Shown here piece by piece: positions 42,602 to 59,043 of a DNA stretch of 64,000 nucleotides. Origin of the DNA: the human T2T-CHM13v2.0 reference genome, Homo sapiens; NCBI RefSeq assembly GCF_009914755.1, contig NC_060937.1. One strand, given 5' to 3'. Made by a program: the position numbers and the translations under genes. The notes under the pieces are model-generated. The model saw only the letters and a list, made by a program, of their open reading frames with translations, made no database searches and had not been told where the DNA came from. Each line of letters opens with the position of its first letter. Within the stretch, counting starts at the first letter, position 1.

Positions 42602-42882
42602 AGCTGGGCGTAGTGGCTAATGCCTGTAATCCCAGCACTTTTGGAGGCCGAGGCGGATGGATCACCTGAGGATGGAGTTTGAGACAGCCTGACCAACGTG
42701 GTGAAACCCTGTCTGTACTAAAAATACAAAAAATTAGCTGGGCGTGGTGGCGGGCACCTGTAATCCCAGCTACTTGGGAGGCTGAAGCAGGAGGTGGAGG
42801 TTGCAGTGAGCCAAGATTGCGCCACTCCACTCCAGCCTGGGCGACAGAGCGAGACTCTGTATCAAAAGAAAAGAAAAAAAAA
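42602..42882 (+). mobile_element. AluS with right-arm deletion
   Basis: TSD aaataggactttat. Confidence 0.92.
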
Positions 42883-44032
42883 TAGGACTTTATGGTTTCT
42901 CATGTGCTTTTATTGAAATGTCCCAAAACATCTTTGTAAAATGCAGTTAATATGGTGCCTTCCTAACTCAGCTTCCCTTTAGCTAACCCCAAAACTCTCC
43001 ATGAGGGAAGCCGAGGTGGAAAGACACAGTAGGCTTAACTGACGGCAGTTATGATATTTTCCTTCCGCAGAATTTGTAAACACTTCAGACCATCTGAACC
43101 CATTGCCAGTGCTCCTCCCAGGGTGAAGAGGGACCCTAAGGCTTAGGCACATCGACCTCTACCACCGCCCCAGCAGAAGCTGCTCCCTAGGAGAAATGTT
43201 CAGAGAACAAAGTCAGCACTTTGCCAATTGTTGAACCATACTTTAATTGTTTTCTTTTGTTTCATGACCACCCCTCCTGCCAAACTCCTCCTACTCCTGC
43301 TATAATTGGTATAATTATGAATTCTTTGTTTCTTCCTCCTCCCCTCCTCCCTCCTTTCTTCTTGGCTGCTCTTCCGCTCCTCTTGCATTCTGGGAGGACG
43401 GGCTCTGGATCCCCTGCTGTTGCTGACAGGTTTCATTAGCCTGATGGAAACGTTTCTCCTTCTCAGCCCCTCCTTTGGCAGCTGCTGAATTTCTCCCATC
43501 CTCTCAACGTGCTGAGTCTCAGCTCAGATCTACACCAACAACCCTCAGCTGCTGCAGCTGATGTTGTCCGTGTGACACGGATTAGCGGGTGGCAATCAGT
43601 GGAAATCCAATCACAGATCTCCCTTTCATTCATACAAAGAAGGAATAGAGTTTAACCGATGAAAATAATAATATAACTTTTAATGCCCCAACTTTGATCT
43701 CTGTTCTTTGATCACTCTTTGCCTTTTCACATGTCTTTGATAGTACATGAGTGAACTGAAGACTCAGGGGCCTGCGGGCTTTAAAATAAGGTGATATCCA
43801 ACTGTCAGGTGCATTGTCAACGCCGCATAATCACAGTTTTTAGCACACGCAAAAGAGAATTCTACTGTCAATGCCAGAAAATAAGAGTTTCCGTAGACAG
43901 TCTGCTCTTAGCAAAGCTCCGATTTTCTTGATAGGCTTCAAGTTGAGTGTCCTGAGTAGGGCATGGGAATATTCTCTGAACAGAGACGACAAACTGATGG
44001 GAACTCACTCTAGAAAATAATAAAATATTATC

Positions 44033-44578
44033 TGTTACCAGTGCAGGGTGTCCAGGTTCTTGGCGTTTTGAACAAAGAATTGGACAAAATGCACAAACAA
44101 AGCAAGGAAAGAACGAAGCAACAAAAGCAGATTTATTGAAAACAAAAGTACACTCCAAAGGGTGGGAGCGGCCTGAGCATAGATTCTCAAGAGCCCCTTT
44201 ACAGAATTTTCTGGGGTTTAAATACCCTCCAGAGGTTTCCCATTGGTTACTTGGTGTACACCTATGTAAATAAACTAGCGGCCCATCATCAGTCTGATTG
44301 GTTGTCGAAAGCAACCAATCAGAGGCTGAAGTGAAGTTACAAAGTTACCCTTCTATGCAAACGTCTGATTGGTTGCAAAAAGCAACCAATCAGAGATACG
44401 TACAATTTTCCATCTGCCACGCAGAAAAAAAGGGTGGGGGGTTTTGCAAAAGGGGTAGCCTCAGGTCCTTTCGTTACTTAGGTGTGGAACGTTGGGGTTT
44501 TCCTTTTGATTTAGTTCTAGAAAGTCAGCCTGAATCAGCCTTAGGTTCCCTGCTTCAAGACCCGGTTCTCCTGCCTCA
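44033..44578 (-). mobile_element. MER51-family ERV1 solo LTR
   Basis: tgttaccagtgcagggtgtccaggttcttggcg...ctcctgcctca; TSD TTATC; repeated ctgattggttg...caaccaatcag. Confidence 0.85.
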
Positions 44579-45027
44579 TTATCTATTGGAGTATGAGTGT
44601 ATATGTCATATAACTGTCTAAAGATAGGCAAGGTTGTCAAAAACTGCAAGACGAGAATCAGATGTTATGTAATTTCTGAGAAGACTTCCTGAATCACACT
44701 TTCCTCACCTGTAAAAATGAAAAGATTGTTAAGCTCCCTTCACCTCTGATATTTGAACTCTATACTGTTCTATTAATGCCCACAGAGTTTATCTTTTCCC
44801 TCTTCATCTTCCTTCTTCTTGCCACATGCATGTCCAGCCACTCTCTTTCTACATTTACATATCACACTAGAAAAAAATTTAAAAACCAAGTTCCATCAGG
44901 TCTAAACATAGCACAACAAGAACCCCTTGAATAGGAGGAAAAATTCCAGCCCAAGATTATAGTCCTAGGGTTTGATTTTGCTTGGACTTTCAGGCAATGA
45001 TTATTCAGTCTTTGCCATTGTCTAGAG

Positions 45028-45329
45028 CAAGGGTCAGCAAACTTTCTGGAAAGGACCAGTTAGTAAATATTGTAGGCTTTGCTGGCCAAAACGTCTCTGT
45101 TGCAACTGCTCCTCTCTGCCACTGTGGTGCTGAAGCCGCCATAGGTAATACAAAAATTGACAAGCATGGCTGTGTTCAAGTGAAACTCTATACGCATGGA
45201 AATTTGAACTTTGTATAATTTTCACTTGACATGAAATATTATTCTTCTTTTGACTTTTTTTCAATAATTTCAAAACGTAAACCATTCTGAGTTTATGGCC
45301 AATGCAAAAACAGGTAGCAGTAGAGATTC
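45028..45329. mobile_element. MER58B-like hAT-Charlie
   Basis: gggtcagcaaacttt...tagtaaatattgtaggctttg...gcatggctgtgttc. Confidence 0.75.
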
Positions 45330-47120
<1,791 letters not shown>

Positions 47121-47226
47121 TTTCTAAAAATGAAAAAGATCTCAAATTAGCAACATAATCTTCCGTGTTAAGATACTGGAAAAAGAAGATCATCCAAAAC
47201 AAACCCAAGAAAGGTAAAAGAATTAA

Positions 47227-47498
47227 GGCCGGGCATGGTGGCTCGTGCCTGTAATCCTAGCACTTTGGGAGGTCAAGGCAGATGGATCGCTTGAGCCTAG
47301 GAGTGCGAGACCAGCTTGGGCAACATAGGGAGACCCCACCTCTCCAAAAAGTACAAAAGTAGCCAAGTGTGGCGGCGCATGTCTGTAGTCCCAGCTACTC
47401 AGGGAGCTGAGGTGGGAGAATCGAGCCCAGGAGGTCGAGGCTGCTGTAGGCAGTGATTACATCGTTGCACTCCAGCCTGGGTAACAGAGTGAGAGTCT
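47227..47498 (+). mobile_element. AluJ whose tail is replaced by a purine tract
   Basis: Alu body runs directly into (GAAG)n. Confidence 0.9.
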
Positions 47499-48014
47499 GA
47501 AGAAGGAAGGAAGGAAGGAAGCAAGGGAGGAAGGGAGGAAGGCAGGAAGGGAGGAGGGGAGGAGGGGAGGAAGCGAGGAAGGGAGGAGGGGAGGAGGGGA
47601 GGAAGGGAGGAGGGGAGGAGGGGAGGAAGCGAGGAAGGGAGGAGGGGAGGAGGGGAGGAAGGGAGGAGGGGAGGAGGGGAGGAGGGGAGGAAGCGAGGAA
47701 GGGAGGAGGGGAGGAGGGGAGGAAGCGAGGAAGGGAGGAGGGGAGGAGGGGAGGAAGGGAGAAAGAGGAAAAGGAGGAAGGGAGGAAGGGAGGAAAGGGA
47801 AGGGAGAAAGGAAGGAAGAAGGAAGGAAGGGAGGGGAAGGGAAGGGAGGGAAGAAAGGGAAGAGAAGGGGAGGGAAGGGAGAAAGAAAGAAAGAGGGAGA
47901 GAGGGAGGGAGGGAAAGAGAGAGAGAAAGAAAGAAAGGGAGAGAGAAAGAAAGAAAGAGGGAGGGAGGGAGGGAAAGAAAGAGAGAGAGAAAGAAAGAAA
48001 GAAAGAAAGAAAGA
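47499..48014. repeat. ~516-nt polypurine tract / GGAGG-based minisatellite
   Basis: No T and about six C; ~24-nt units gaggaagggaggaggggaggaggg grading into (GGAA)n and (GAAA)n. Confidence 0.95.
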
Positions 48015-48189
48015 TTGATTAAAATCATACGTAGTGTGTTCCCAGATTACAGTGGAATCAAACTAGAAATTAGTCACTTGGAAACTAAACAACACACTTC
48101 TAGATAGTTCAGGGGCCAGAGATGAGGTCTCAGGAGAAACTGAAAAAAAAAATACATTAAATTGAATGAAAATGAAAATATAACATATC

Positions 48190-48487
48190 GCCGGGCGCGG
48201 TGGCTCACGCCTGTAATCCCAGCACTTTGAGAGGCCGAGACGGGCGGATCACGAGGTCAGGAGATCGAGACCATCTTGGCTAACACGGTGAAACCTCATC
48301 TCTACTAAAATACAAAAAATCAGCCGGGTGTGGTGGCATGCACCTGTAGTCCCAGCTACTCAGGAGGCTGAGGCAGGAGAATGGCGTGAACCCGCGAGGC
48401 GGAGCTTACAGTGAGCCGAGATCGCACCACTGCAGTCCGGCCTGGGCTACAGAGCAAGACTCCATCTCAAAAAAAAAAAAAAAAAAA
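48190..48487 (+). mobile_element. AluY-type
   Basis: TSD gaaaatataacatatc; CpG-rich. Confidence 0.93.
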
Positions 48488-48646
48488 GAAAATATAACAT
48501 ATCAAAACTTGTAGGACAAAGCAATTCTAAGAGGGAAATATATAAGTACTGTACTAAGTGCATATATTTTTATAGAGAAAAAAACCCTAAAATCAGTAAT
48601 TTAAAATTCCACCTTAAGAGCTAGAAATAAAAAAGAGAAAAATATA

Positions 48647-48939
48647 GGCTGGGTGCAGCATACCTGTAATCTGAGCACTTTGGGAGGCCATAGGTCGCTT
48701 GAACTCAGGAGTTCAAGACCAGCTGAGTAACATGACAAAACTCTGTCTCTACAAAAACTACAAAAATTAGCCAGGCATGGTGGCACACGCCTGTGGTCCC
48801 AGCTACTCAGGAGGCTGAGGTGGGAGGATCACTTGAGCCCATGCAGTCAAGGTTGCCACGAGCCAATATCAGGTCACTGTACTTCAGCCTGAGTGACAGA
48901 GCCAGACCCTGTCTAAAAAAAAAAAAAAAGAAAAAAAAA
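48647..48939 (+). mobile_element. AluJ
   Basis: Diverged Alu. Confidence 0.88.
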
Positions 48940-49298
48940 TTGTTTTAAAGAGCAAAATAAACTCAAAGCAAGTAGAAGGAAAGAAATAAAGTGCAGAAAT
49001 CAACAACACTGAAAATAGAAAAACAATAGAGAAAAATTAACGAAACAAAAAGATGGTTCTTTGAAAAGATCAATAAAATTGACAAACCTTTAGCAAGACA
49101 GACAAAGAAAAAAGAGACAAGATACAAATTATCAATATCAGGAAGGAAAGAGAAGACATCACTACAGACCCTGCAGACATAAAAAGATAACAAGGAAACA
49201 CTATTAATAACTCTACATACATACATTTGACAAATTAAAATACATGGACCAATTTCTTGGAAAAAAAAAAACAAAAAACAAAACAAAAAAAAATGACA

Positions 49299-49655
<357 letters not shown>

Positions 49656-49877
49656 CTATGCATAAAGGAAGCTTAATTTACAATTTTAAAATTTCCAAAA
49701 GGGAAATCTGCAGGCGCTAATGGTTTTCCTGGACAATTCTCCTAATGTTTAAAGAAGAATTAACACTAATTCTATACACTCTCTTCAGAAGAATAAAAGA
49801 GGAAGGAACAATTCTCAGGTTTTTAAATGAAGGCAGTATTCTCGATTTATTTTTACTGAAACTATTTGACGATTACA

Positions 49878-50170
49878 GGCTCATGCCTGTAATCCCAGCA
49901 CTTTGGGAGGCCAAGGCAGGAGGATTGCTTGAGGCCAGGAGTTCGAGACCAGACTGGGTAATATAGCAAGACCCTGTTTCTAAAAAAAAAAAAAAAAAAA
50001 AAAAATTGTTGGGTGTGGTGATGTGCACCTGCAGTCTGAGCTACTCAGAAGGCTGAGACAGGTGGGTCACTTGAGCCCAAGAGTTGGAGGTTACAGTAAG
50101 CTATGGTTGTGCCACTATATTCCAGCCTAGGTGACAGCACTGAGATCCTATCTCTAAAAAGAAGGGAAAA
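49878..50170 (+). mobile_element. AluJ (5'-clipped)
   Basis: Alu body with long middle A-run. Confidence 0.88.
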
Positions 50171-51439
50171 AGAAGGCAGAAAAAAGGGAAAATCTTTGGG
50201 GCCTAGGACGGGGCAGAGTTCTTGGACTCTTCATCAAGAGTATGATCCCTAAAAGGAAAATGTAACAAATTGGGTTTTCCTCATCCATTGCTGACACTTT
50301 CCTGATATTATCAGAAGGTATCAATGGAATGTTTTCTGAAAACACCAGGACTCATACTCTTCCCACGTGTGGATCTTAAATGGTTTATTGATTAAATACC
50401 AGGGATGTCCGTTGTCCAGTTATTCAACTATGAATAACAACCAAGGTCATATGTTCACAGGCAATGACCATTATCATGGTCTCTCTGTCAATAATGATTA
50501 TCATGCTATCACTTTTAAGACAGATCCACATTTCTGTGGTGTAAAAATGCAGGAGGGAAATGTGCAACACAGTTTCTATTGCTATTCGTGTCTAGTGAAC
50601 CTTTCTTAAAGCATAATGAATGCTATAAAACACATCTGAAGGCACTTTAGGGGATCCTAGGGTAGAATATTTCCTCTCACTCCCATTCAGCCATCCAGGG
50701 AGCGTTCCCATCTCACGAATAAAGTATGTAGTTTTCCATAAAACACACATTATCAAATAAAAGGAATACTTAAATCTAAGGTATAATTATATATAATTAT
50801 ATGGAACAAATATAATTATATAAATGTGTATTTTACATACACCTTATTATTATTGATTTACAAGGTTGTGATTACTTCGTTGGGGTTGCCATAGCAATGA
50901 ACTTATTAAATAGAGAAATACTTTCATTTTTCAGCATTAAAAATGAATAATCAAAATCAACCATTGGACCTAATATATCCAACTCTTAATTATCTGCAAT
51001 TATCAAAGATTAGTTGACCTTTGAAGATGATATACAATAGCAGCTTCTGGAAGAGAGGAGAAAAAGATTTCCCAAGGTGGTAGGACCACCACTATGGAAG
51101 GTGAGGAATGTGATTTGTGGGAGAGTCCAGTGGTTCCTTCCCCACTCCTCTTTTCCTACTCAAAACGATATCTTCTATTGGCCTAAAATTCTGTTTATTC
51201 ATTAAGGTGATGGCATTTGCCTATAGGAAATCTCAGTTTGCTCCTGCTATAGCTTTTACAAATTCCATATATCAAAAGCACACTATATGCCAGGCCCTGG
51301 GCTTGGTGTTTTACACATAAAGCACAAGTTATCTACAAAAAAAAGCTTAAAATGAGTTAATTCAAGGAACAGCTTTCTAACTTAACGAGTTGTGTACAAA
51401 ACCCTCTGGACCAAGATACTGTTCTCAAGCGGAGATCTT

Positions 51440-51740
51440 TTTTTTTTTTCTTTTTTTGAGATAGAGTTTCACTCTTGTCACCCAGGCTGGAGTGCAATGG
51501 CGTAATCTTGGCTCACTGCAACCTCCGCCTCCTGGGTTCAAGTAATTCTCTTGCCTCAGCCTCCTGAGTAGCTGGGACTACAGGCGCCCACCAACATGCC
51601 CGGCTAATTTTTGTATTTTTTGTAGAAATGGGTTTTCACCATGTTGGCCAGGTTGTTCTCGAACTCCTGACCTCAGATGATCTGCCCGCCTTGGCCTCCC
51701 AAAGTGCTGGGATTACAGGCATGAGCCACTGCGCCCGGCC
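51440..51740 (-). mobile_element. AluS
   Basis: TSD tcaag(c/g)ggagatctt. Confidence 0.95.
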
Positions 51741-52182
51741 TCAAGGGGAGATCTTAAGGACATATGGGGAAATCGTGGAGTGTCAAATTTATTTGTTTGT
51801 TTTGACATAAGGATTGGGGCTGCTGCTGGCATTTTGAAGTCAGGAGCCAGGGTTGCTAGATTTAGGGCTCCCCTCCACGTAGTTGTTAATTTTTGTACCA
51901 CACAAAGGCACTCAGCAAGGGAGTGAGTGGGGCTGAAAGTTCCACTTGCCAAGAAGAAAGTTGCGTCCATTTTGGTGAAGGGCTCCATGTTGGAAATCTT
52001 CCATCCAAAGGGGATGCCTTTTTATGATTTGTCTGCCCAGAGAAGGTGAACTTTTACAATTGAAATACAGCTGCCCATGCATGCTACCTGCAGCCCTGGC
52101 TACACATGCTGCAATGAGACAGGAAAGTACAACAATCCCTTAATTCTATCCAACTTTTAAATTTCTCACTGGTCATTCCTGT

Positions 52183-52214
<32 letters not shown>

Positions 52215-52553
52215 CAGTTTAAAAATTATCTAAAAATGTAAATAAATAAAAAATTACCTAAGCCTAGACTCTAACCCTGTTTTACATATAAACACAAGGT
52301 ATCTTTCAATCTTATTTTTTAAATTAACAATAGAATGACATTTTTGGGTTCAGTTTTCACACATGTATAGATATGTGTGTATGTGTAATTACTTACACAG
52401 CTAGGCTACAGGACAGTTACCTTACCACCAAACGCCACCTCTGCTTATCTATCTGCAGTCATCCTCCCGTGACCCCAAACCCCAAACCTGGCAATGACTG
52501 ATCTGCCATCCCTTACGATGGTCTTGTCTTTTTGAGAATATTGTATATATTGA

Positions 52554-52879
<326 letters not shown>

Positions 52880-53605
52880 GTATGTAGCCTTTTCAAAGCA
52901 GCTTCTTTTACTCAGCATAATGCCTCTGAGTTTCACACAAGTTATTGCAAGAATGAATGCTTCATTTCTATTATTTCTGAGTTACAGTTCATTGCGTGGA
53001 CGTACCACAGCTGGTTTATCCATTCATCCCTTGAAGGGCATTTGGATTATTTCCAGGTTTTGCCTATTATGAATACAGCTACAGTAAAATGTTCATATAT
53101 CGGTTTTATGAGCCAAAATATTTACTTTTCTAGAGTAAATGCCTAAGAGTGGGACTGCTGGGTCAGATGGTAATTGCGTGTTTAATTTTATAAAAATCTG
53201 CTAGACTATTTTCTGGAGTGACTATACCATTTTGCATTCCCACCAGCAACATATGAGGGTTCTAATTGATCCACATATTTGCCAGCACAGGAGTGACAGT
53301 ATTTTTAAATTTATCCATCCCAATAGGTGTGTAGTGGTATCTCATTGTGCCTTTCCCTTGCATTTCCTTAATGGCTAATGCTGTTGAACATCTTTTCACT
53401 TGCTTATTTTCCATCTGCATATCCTCTCTAGTGGAGTGTTAAGTCTTTTATGCATTTTCAAATTGGGTTATTTGTTTTCTTACTCCTCGGTTTGGAAGAG
53501 TTTTTTTTTTTAATATTCTGAATATAAGTCCTTTGTTGGATATGCAATTTGAAAATTATTTGCTCTAAGTCTTTAGCCTCGTTTCATTCTCTTAATAGTG
53601 TCTTG

Positions 53606-54215
<610 letters not shown>

Positions 54216-54365
54216 AGAGCAAAAATTTTTTAATTTTGATGCCACTGCACTCCAGCCTAGGTGACAGAGACCCTGTCTCAAACAAAAAGAAAAAAGAAAA
54301 AAGAAATGGTGCCTTTTGCAGAGCAAAATTTTTTAATTTTGATGAAGTCTAATTTACTTTTTCCA

Positions 54366-54659
54366 GCTGGGCACGGTGGCTCACGCCTGTAATTCCAGCA
54401 CCTTGGAAGGCTGAGGCGGGCAGATCACCTGAAGTCAGGAGTTCGAGACAGGTCTGGCCAACATAGTGAAACCCATCTCTACTAAAAAGTACAAAAATTA
54501 GCCAGGCGTGGTGGCACACGCCTGTAATCCCAGCTACTCGAGAGGCTAAGGCGGGACAATTGCTTCAACCAGGGAGATGGAGCTTGCAGTGAGCCAAGAT
54601 CGTGTCATTATACCCCAGCCTGGGTGACAGAGCGAGACTCCATCTCAAAGAAAAAAAAA
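54366..54659 (+). mobile_element. AluS
   Basis: Full Alu. Confidence 0.9.
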
Positions 54660-55009
54660 TTACTTTGTGTTTTTGATGTCATGGAAAATAAGTCTTTGTG
54701 TAACACATCTAAGATTTTCACCATTTTGTGTTTTACATTTAGATCTATAATTTATTTTGAGTTAATTTTGGTACAAATCATAAAGTTTTTTTTGTGTGTT
54801 TTTTTTTTTTTGCATATGGATGACCAAAGTTCCCAACACCAATTACTAAAACTATCCTTTCTCCATTGACTTGGCTTTGCATCTTTGTTGAAAATCAAAT
54901 GACCATAATTGCCTGAAGGCTTGGAATCCAGAGAATAAAGAAAAGAAGGGGGAAAAAAAAAAGAAAAATGGCAATTTACTCCAAACTCTCTGTTAACAAT
55001 TCTCCTTTT

Positions 55010-55352
55010 TTGGATGGAGCTGGAGGCCATTATTCTAAGTGAAGTAACTCAGGAATGGAAAACCAAATACCCTATATTCTTTTTTTTTTCTTTTTTCTTT
55101 TTTTTTTTTTCCTATATTCTCACTGGAAAGTGGGAGCGAAGCTATGGGTCTGCAAAGGCAAACATAGTGATATAAGGAACCATGGAGACTAGGGGTGGGG
55201 AGGGAGGATAAAAAACTACATATTGGGTACAGTGTATACTACTCAGGTGATGGTGCACTAAAATTTCAAACTTCATCACTATACAATTTATCCATGTAAC
55301 CAAAAACCACTTATACCCAAAAGCTATTAAAATACAAAAATATTTTTTAAAA
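55010..55352 (+). mobile_element. L1PB-type 3' end
   Basis: tggatggagctggaggccattattctaagtgaagtaactcagg...catgtaaccaaaaaccacttatacccaaaagctatt. Confidence 0.85.
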
Positions 55353-55797
55353 ATCAAACAAACTCTGTGAAAGGGCAAAACAAGCTGTCTTATCAGTGGA
55401 AGAAATTATAGTGCAACATTTGCCTACTCAACAATGTCAAACGATGTCAGATGGGCAGTGAAACATTGGGGAAATATTTGTAGCAAATGTGCCAAAGGTA
55501 TTTATTGTATGTTATTAAAGATCTTGTGCCCATGAAAAATAAAGCAAGTTATAGAATAGAAAAGAAAAATCATATTTTACCCTAAACTCTCTGACTGTTA
55601 GGAATCCCCTTCTCAGTTGTTACAGCCAGAACTAGAGTGCTTTCCCTGAAGCTCTTTCTCTCCATGAGTGGGGCCCACTTCTGGGTTTAGTACTGCCCTG
55701 GGGCCAGGTCTGGGGAATACTGGAAAGGGCAATACTGGAAGGAACAAAACCAGGAAACTCTCCTCTGGTTTGAGCTCCAAGAAAAGCTCTCTAGTCT

Positions 55798-56688
55798 TGA
55801 ACTCAAACAAATTTACCAGAAAAAAACAAACAAACCCATCAAAAAGTGGGCAAAGGACATGAACAGACACTTCTCAAAAGAAGACATTTCTGCAGCCAAA
55901 AAACACATGAAAAAATGCTCATCATCACTGGCCATCAGAGAAATGCAAATCAAAACCACAATGAGATACCATCTCACACCAGTTAGAATGGCAATCATTA
56001 AAAAGTCAGGAAACAACAGGTGCTGGAGAGGATGTGGAGAAATAGGAACACTTTTACACTGTTGGTGGGACTGTAAACTAGTTCAACCATTGTGGAAGTC
56101 AGTGTGGCGATTCCTCAGGGATCTAGAACTAGAAATACCATTTGACCCAGCCATCCCATTACTGGGTATATACCCAAAGGACTATAAATCATGCTGCTAT
56201 AAAGACACATGCACACGTATGTTTATTGCGGCACTATTCACGATAGCAAAGACTTGGAACCAACCCAAATGTCCAACAATGATAGACTGGATTAAGAAAA
56301 TGTGGCACATATACACCACAGAATACTATGCAGCCATAAAAAATGATGAGTTCATGTCCTTTGTAGGGACATGGATGAAATTGGAAATCCATCATTCTCA
56401 GTAAACTACCGCAAGAACAAAAAACCAAACACCGCATATGCTCACTCATAGGTGGGAATTAAACAATGAGATCACATGGACACAGAAAGGGGAACATCAC
56501 ACTCTGGGGACTGTTGTGGGGTGGGGGGAGCGGGGAGGGATAGCATTGGGAGATATACCTAATGCTAGATGACGAATTAGTGGGTGCAGCACACCAGCAT
56601 GGCACATGTATACATATGTAACTAACCTGCACAATGTGCACATGTACCCTAAAACATAAAGTATAATAATAAAAGAAAAAAAAAAAAA
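55798..56688 (+). mobile_element. 5'-truncated L1PA2/L1PA3 (ORF2 C-terminus, 3' UTR, poly-A)
   Basis: ORF 55859-56404 is ORF2 C-terminus with the CCHC motif [18 protein letters not shown]. 3' UTR has gagatcacatgg and G-tract; gatgacgaa, not the L1HS-Ta ACA. Confidence 0.93.
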
Positions 56689-57036
56689 CCTAGAGCTCAA
56701 TCTAATTGATATTTAATCATCTTCTTGAGATTAGAAAAGTTTTCTACATATTCCATTTTTGTTTTTTATACTTAGGCTTTTTTAAGTGTTAGGGCATCAA
56801 GAAGCAAAAGCTTATTTCATAATGCTAAGTAAAGAATAACTATCATAATGCAAGTATTGTGCTCACAAGTTTTTTAAAAATGCTATCAGGTTAACTAATT
56901 CAATTATCATTATAAATTTCAATATTTAATTGCAGTGTCAATTTGTCCATCTTATTGTTTATCTTGGCCTTTACATCTGTTATCCCTTCAACATTCTAAT
57001 TAAAAAACCCACAAAAGAAAAAAAAAAAAGAAAAAA
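56689..57036 (+). mobile_element. L1 3'-transduced unique sequence plus second poly(A)
   Basis: Non-L1 sequence after the L1 tail; ATTAAA at 56999-57004; A-tail; then TSD aaaagctctctagt matching 55782-55795. Confidence 0.85.
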
Positions 57037-57436
57037 AAAAGCTCTCTAGTTCTGGCTATAGCAACTGAAAGGGGGATTCCTAAATTCTGGCCTTTTTAAC
57101 CAATCCATCTGCTACTATTTACTTTTTAGAGTCCTCCAACAGCTATTCCATGCAGATTTTATAAATGCATTCAGTGAGTAAGACAGGATAGGATATGCTT
57201 TCTCCATCTTACCCACGTCCAGAACTCCTAAACACAGGGCATTTGTTTACACTGTTTTAATATAGACTGAAATTTTCAGAAATGTACCTAACATGTAAAA
57301 TCAGGAAATATTCTATTTTATTTTGTTATGAACTATACAAAACTGTGGCCTTCATCTTCTAAAGTCACCAAAGGCAGTGTCATCCATGGCATTTGGGTTG
57401 CTAGCAAAACACTCCCATTTGAGCCTGCATTTGTAG

Positions 57437-58230
<794 letters not shown>

Positions 58231-58582
58231 AGAATTCTTTATGACTACTACTTTGTGTTTTGCCTGAGGCATCAAAATATTGAAATATGTATTATTATAA
58301 ATTACTTAACTTTTATTTTCCTTTGTATTATACGTCAGGCATCATCTTGATATTTTTGAAATGATGTGTTTTAGCAGATTAAAGGTGGCTTTAGATCTTT
58401 TGACACTCAACCTTCTAGAAGGTGCTCTGGGAGGTGGCCAGGCATCTCATTCTTCACGCAATTTCAGGGACTCTTCATGTGTTTCTTGAGCAGGGTGATC
58501 TCAGGGTAGTTGGACTTCCAACTGGCAGCTCAAGGCCGTGAGTGTTCCCAGAACTCCAGATGGCAGCTGCAAGAATTCTTAT

Positions 58583-59043
58583 TGTAGCAGGACGAGCCGC
58601 AGACAAAACTCCTCAGACACTGAGTTAAAGAAGGAAGGGGTTTATTCGGCCGGGGGCATCAGCAAGACTCCTGTCTCAAGAGCTGAGCTCTCCGAGTAAG
58701 CAATTCCTGTCCCTTTTAAGGGTTTACAACTCTAAGGGGGTGCGCATGAGAGGGTCGTGACAATTGAGCAAGCAGGGGGTACGTGACTGGGGGCTGCATG
58801 CACCGGTAATTAGATCAGAACAAAGCAGGATAGGGATTTTCACAGTGCTTTTCTATACAATGTCTGTAATCTGTAGATAGCATAACCGATTAGGTCAGGG
58901 GTCCATCTTTAACTACCAGGCCCAGGGTGTGTCGCCGGGCTGTCTGCTTGTGGATTCCATTTCTGCCTTTTAGTTTTTACTTTTTCTTTCTTTGGAGGCA
59001 GAAATTGGGCATAAGACAATATGAGAGATGTTCTCCTCCCTTA
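58583..59043 (-). mobile_element. LTR2 (HERV-E) solo LTR
   Basis: Reverse complement starts TAAGGGAGGAGAACATCTCTCATATTGTCTTATGCCCAATTTCTGCCTCC and ends GTCTGCGGCTCGTCCTGCTACA; 461 bp; TSD TTAT. Confidence 0.9.

Larger units (their letters stand above)
40690..43170. mobile_element. Possible decayed hAT-Tip100 element (Zaphod/MER115-like) fragmented by Alus and THE1
   Basis: AT-rich segments with ends atatgcaatttctaggggtcctctt... and ...ggaccctaaggcttag. Confidence 0.3.

Noticed and set aside
47399-48028. 209-aa ORF with PSSLPPLL repeats
   Set aside because: Translation of the pyrimidine strand of a simple repeat.
52185-52214. Isolated poly(A) run as a possible orphan retro-insertion
   Set aside because: No convincing TSD or upstream element could be identified.
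55859-56404. 181-aa ORF with a CCHC motif
   Set aside because: C-terminal fragment of L1 ORF2 in a 5'-truncated copy; not a gene.
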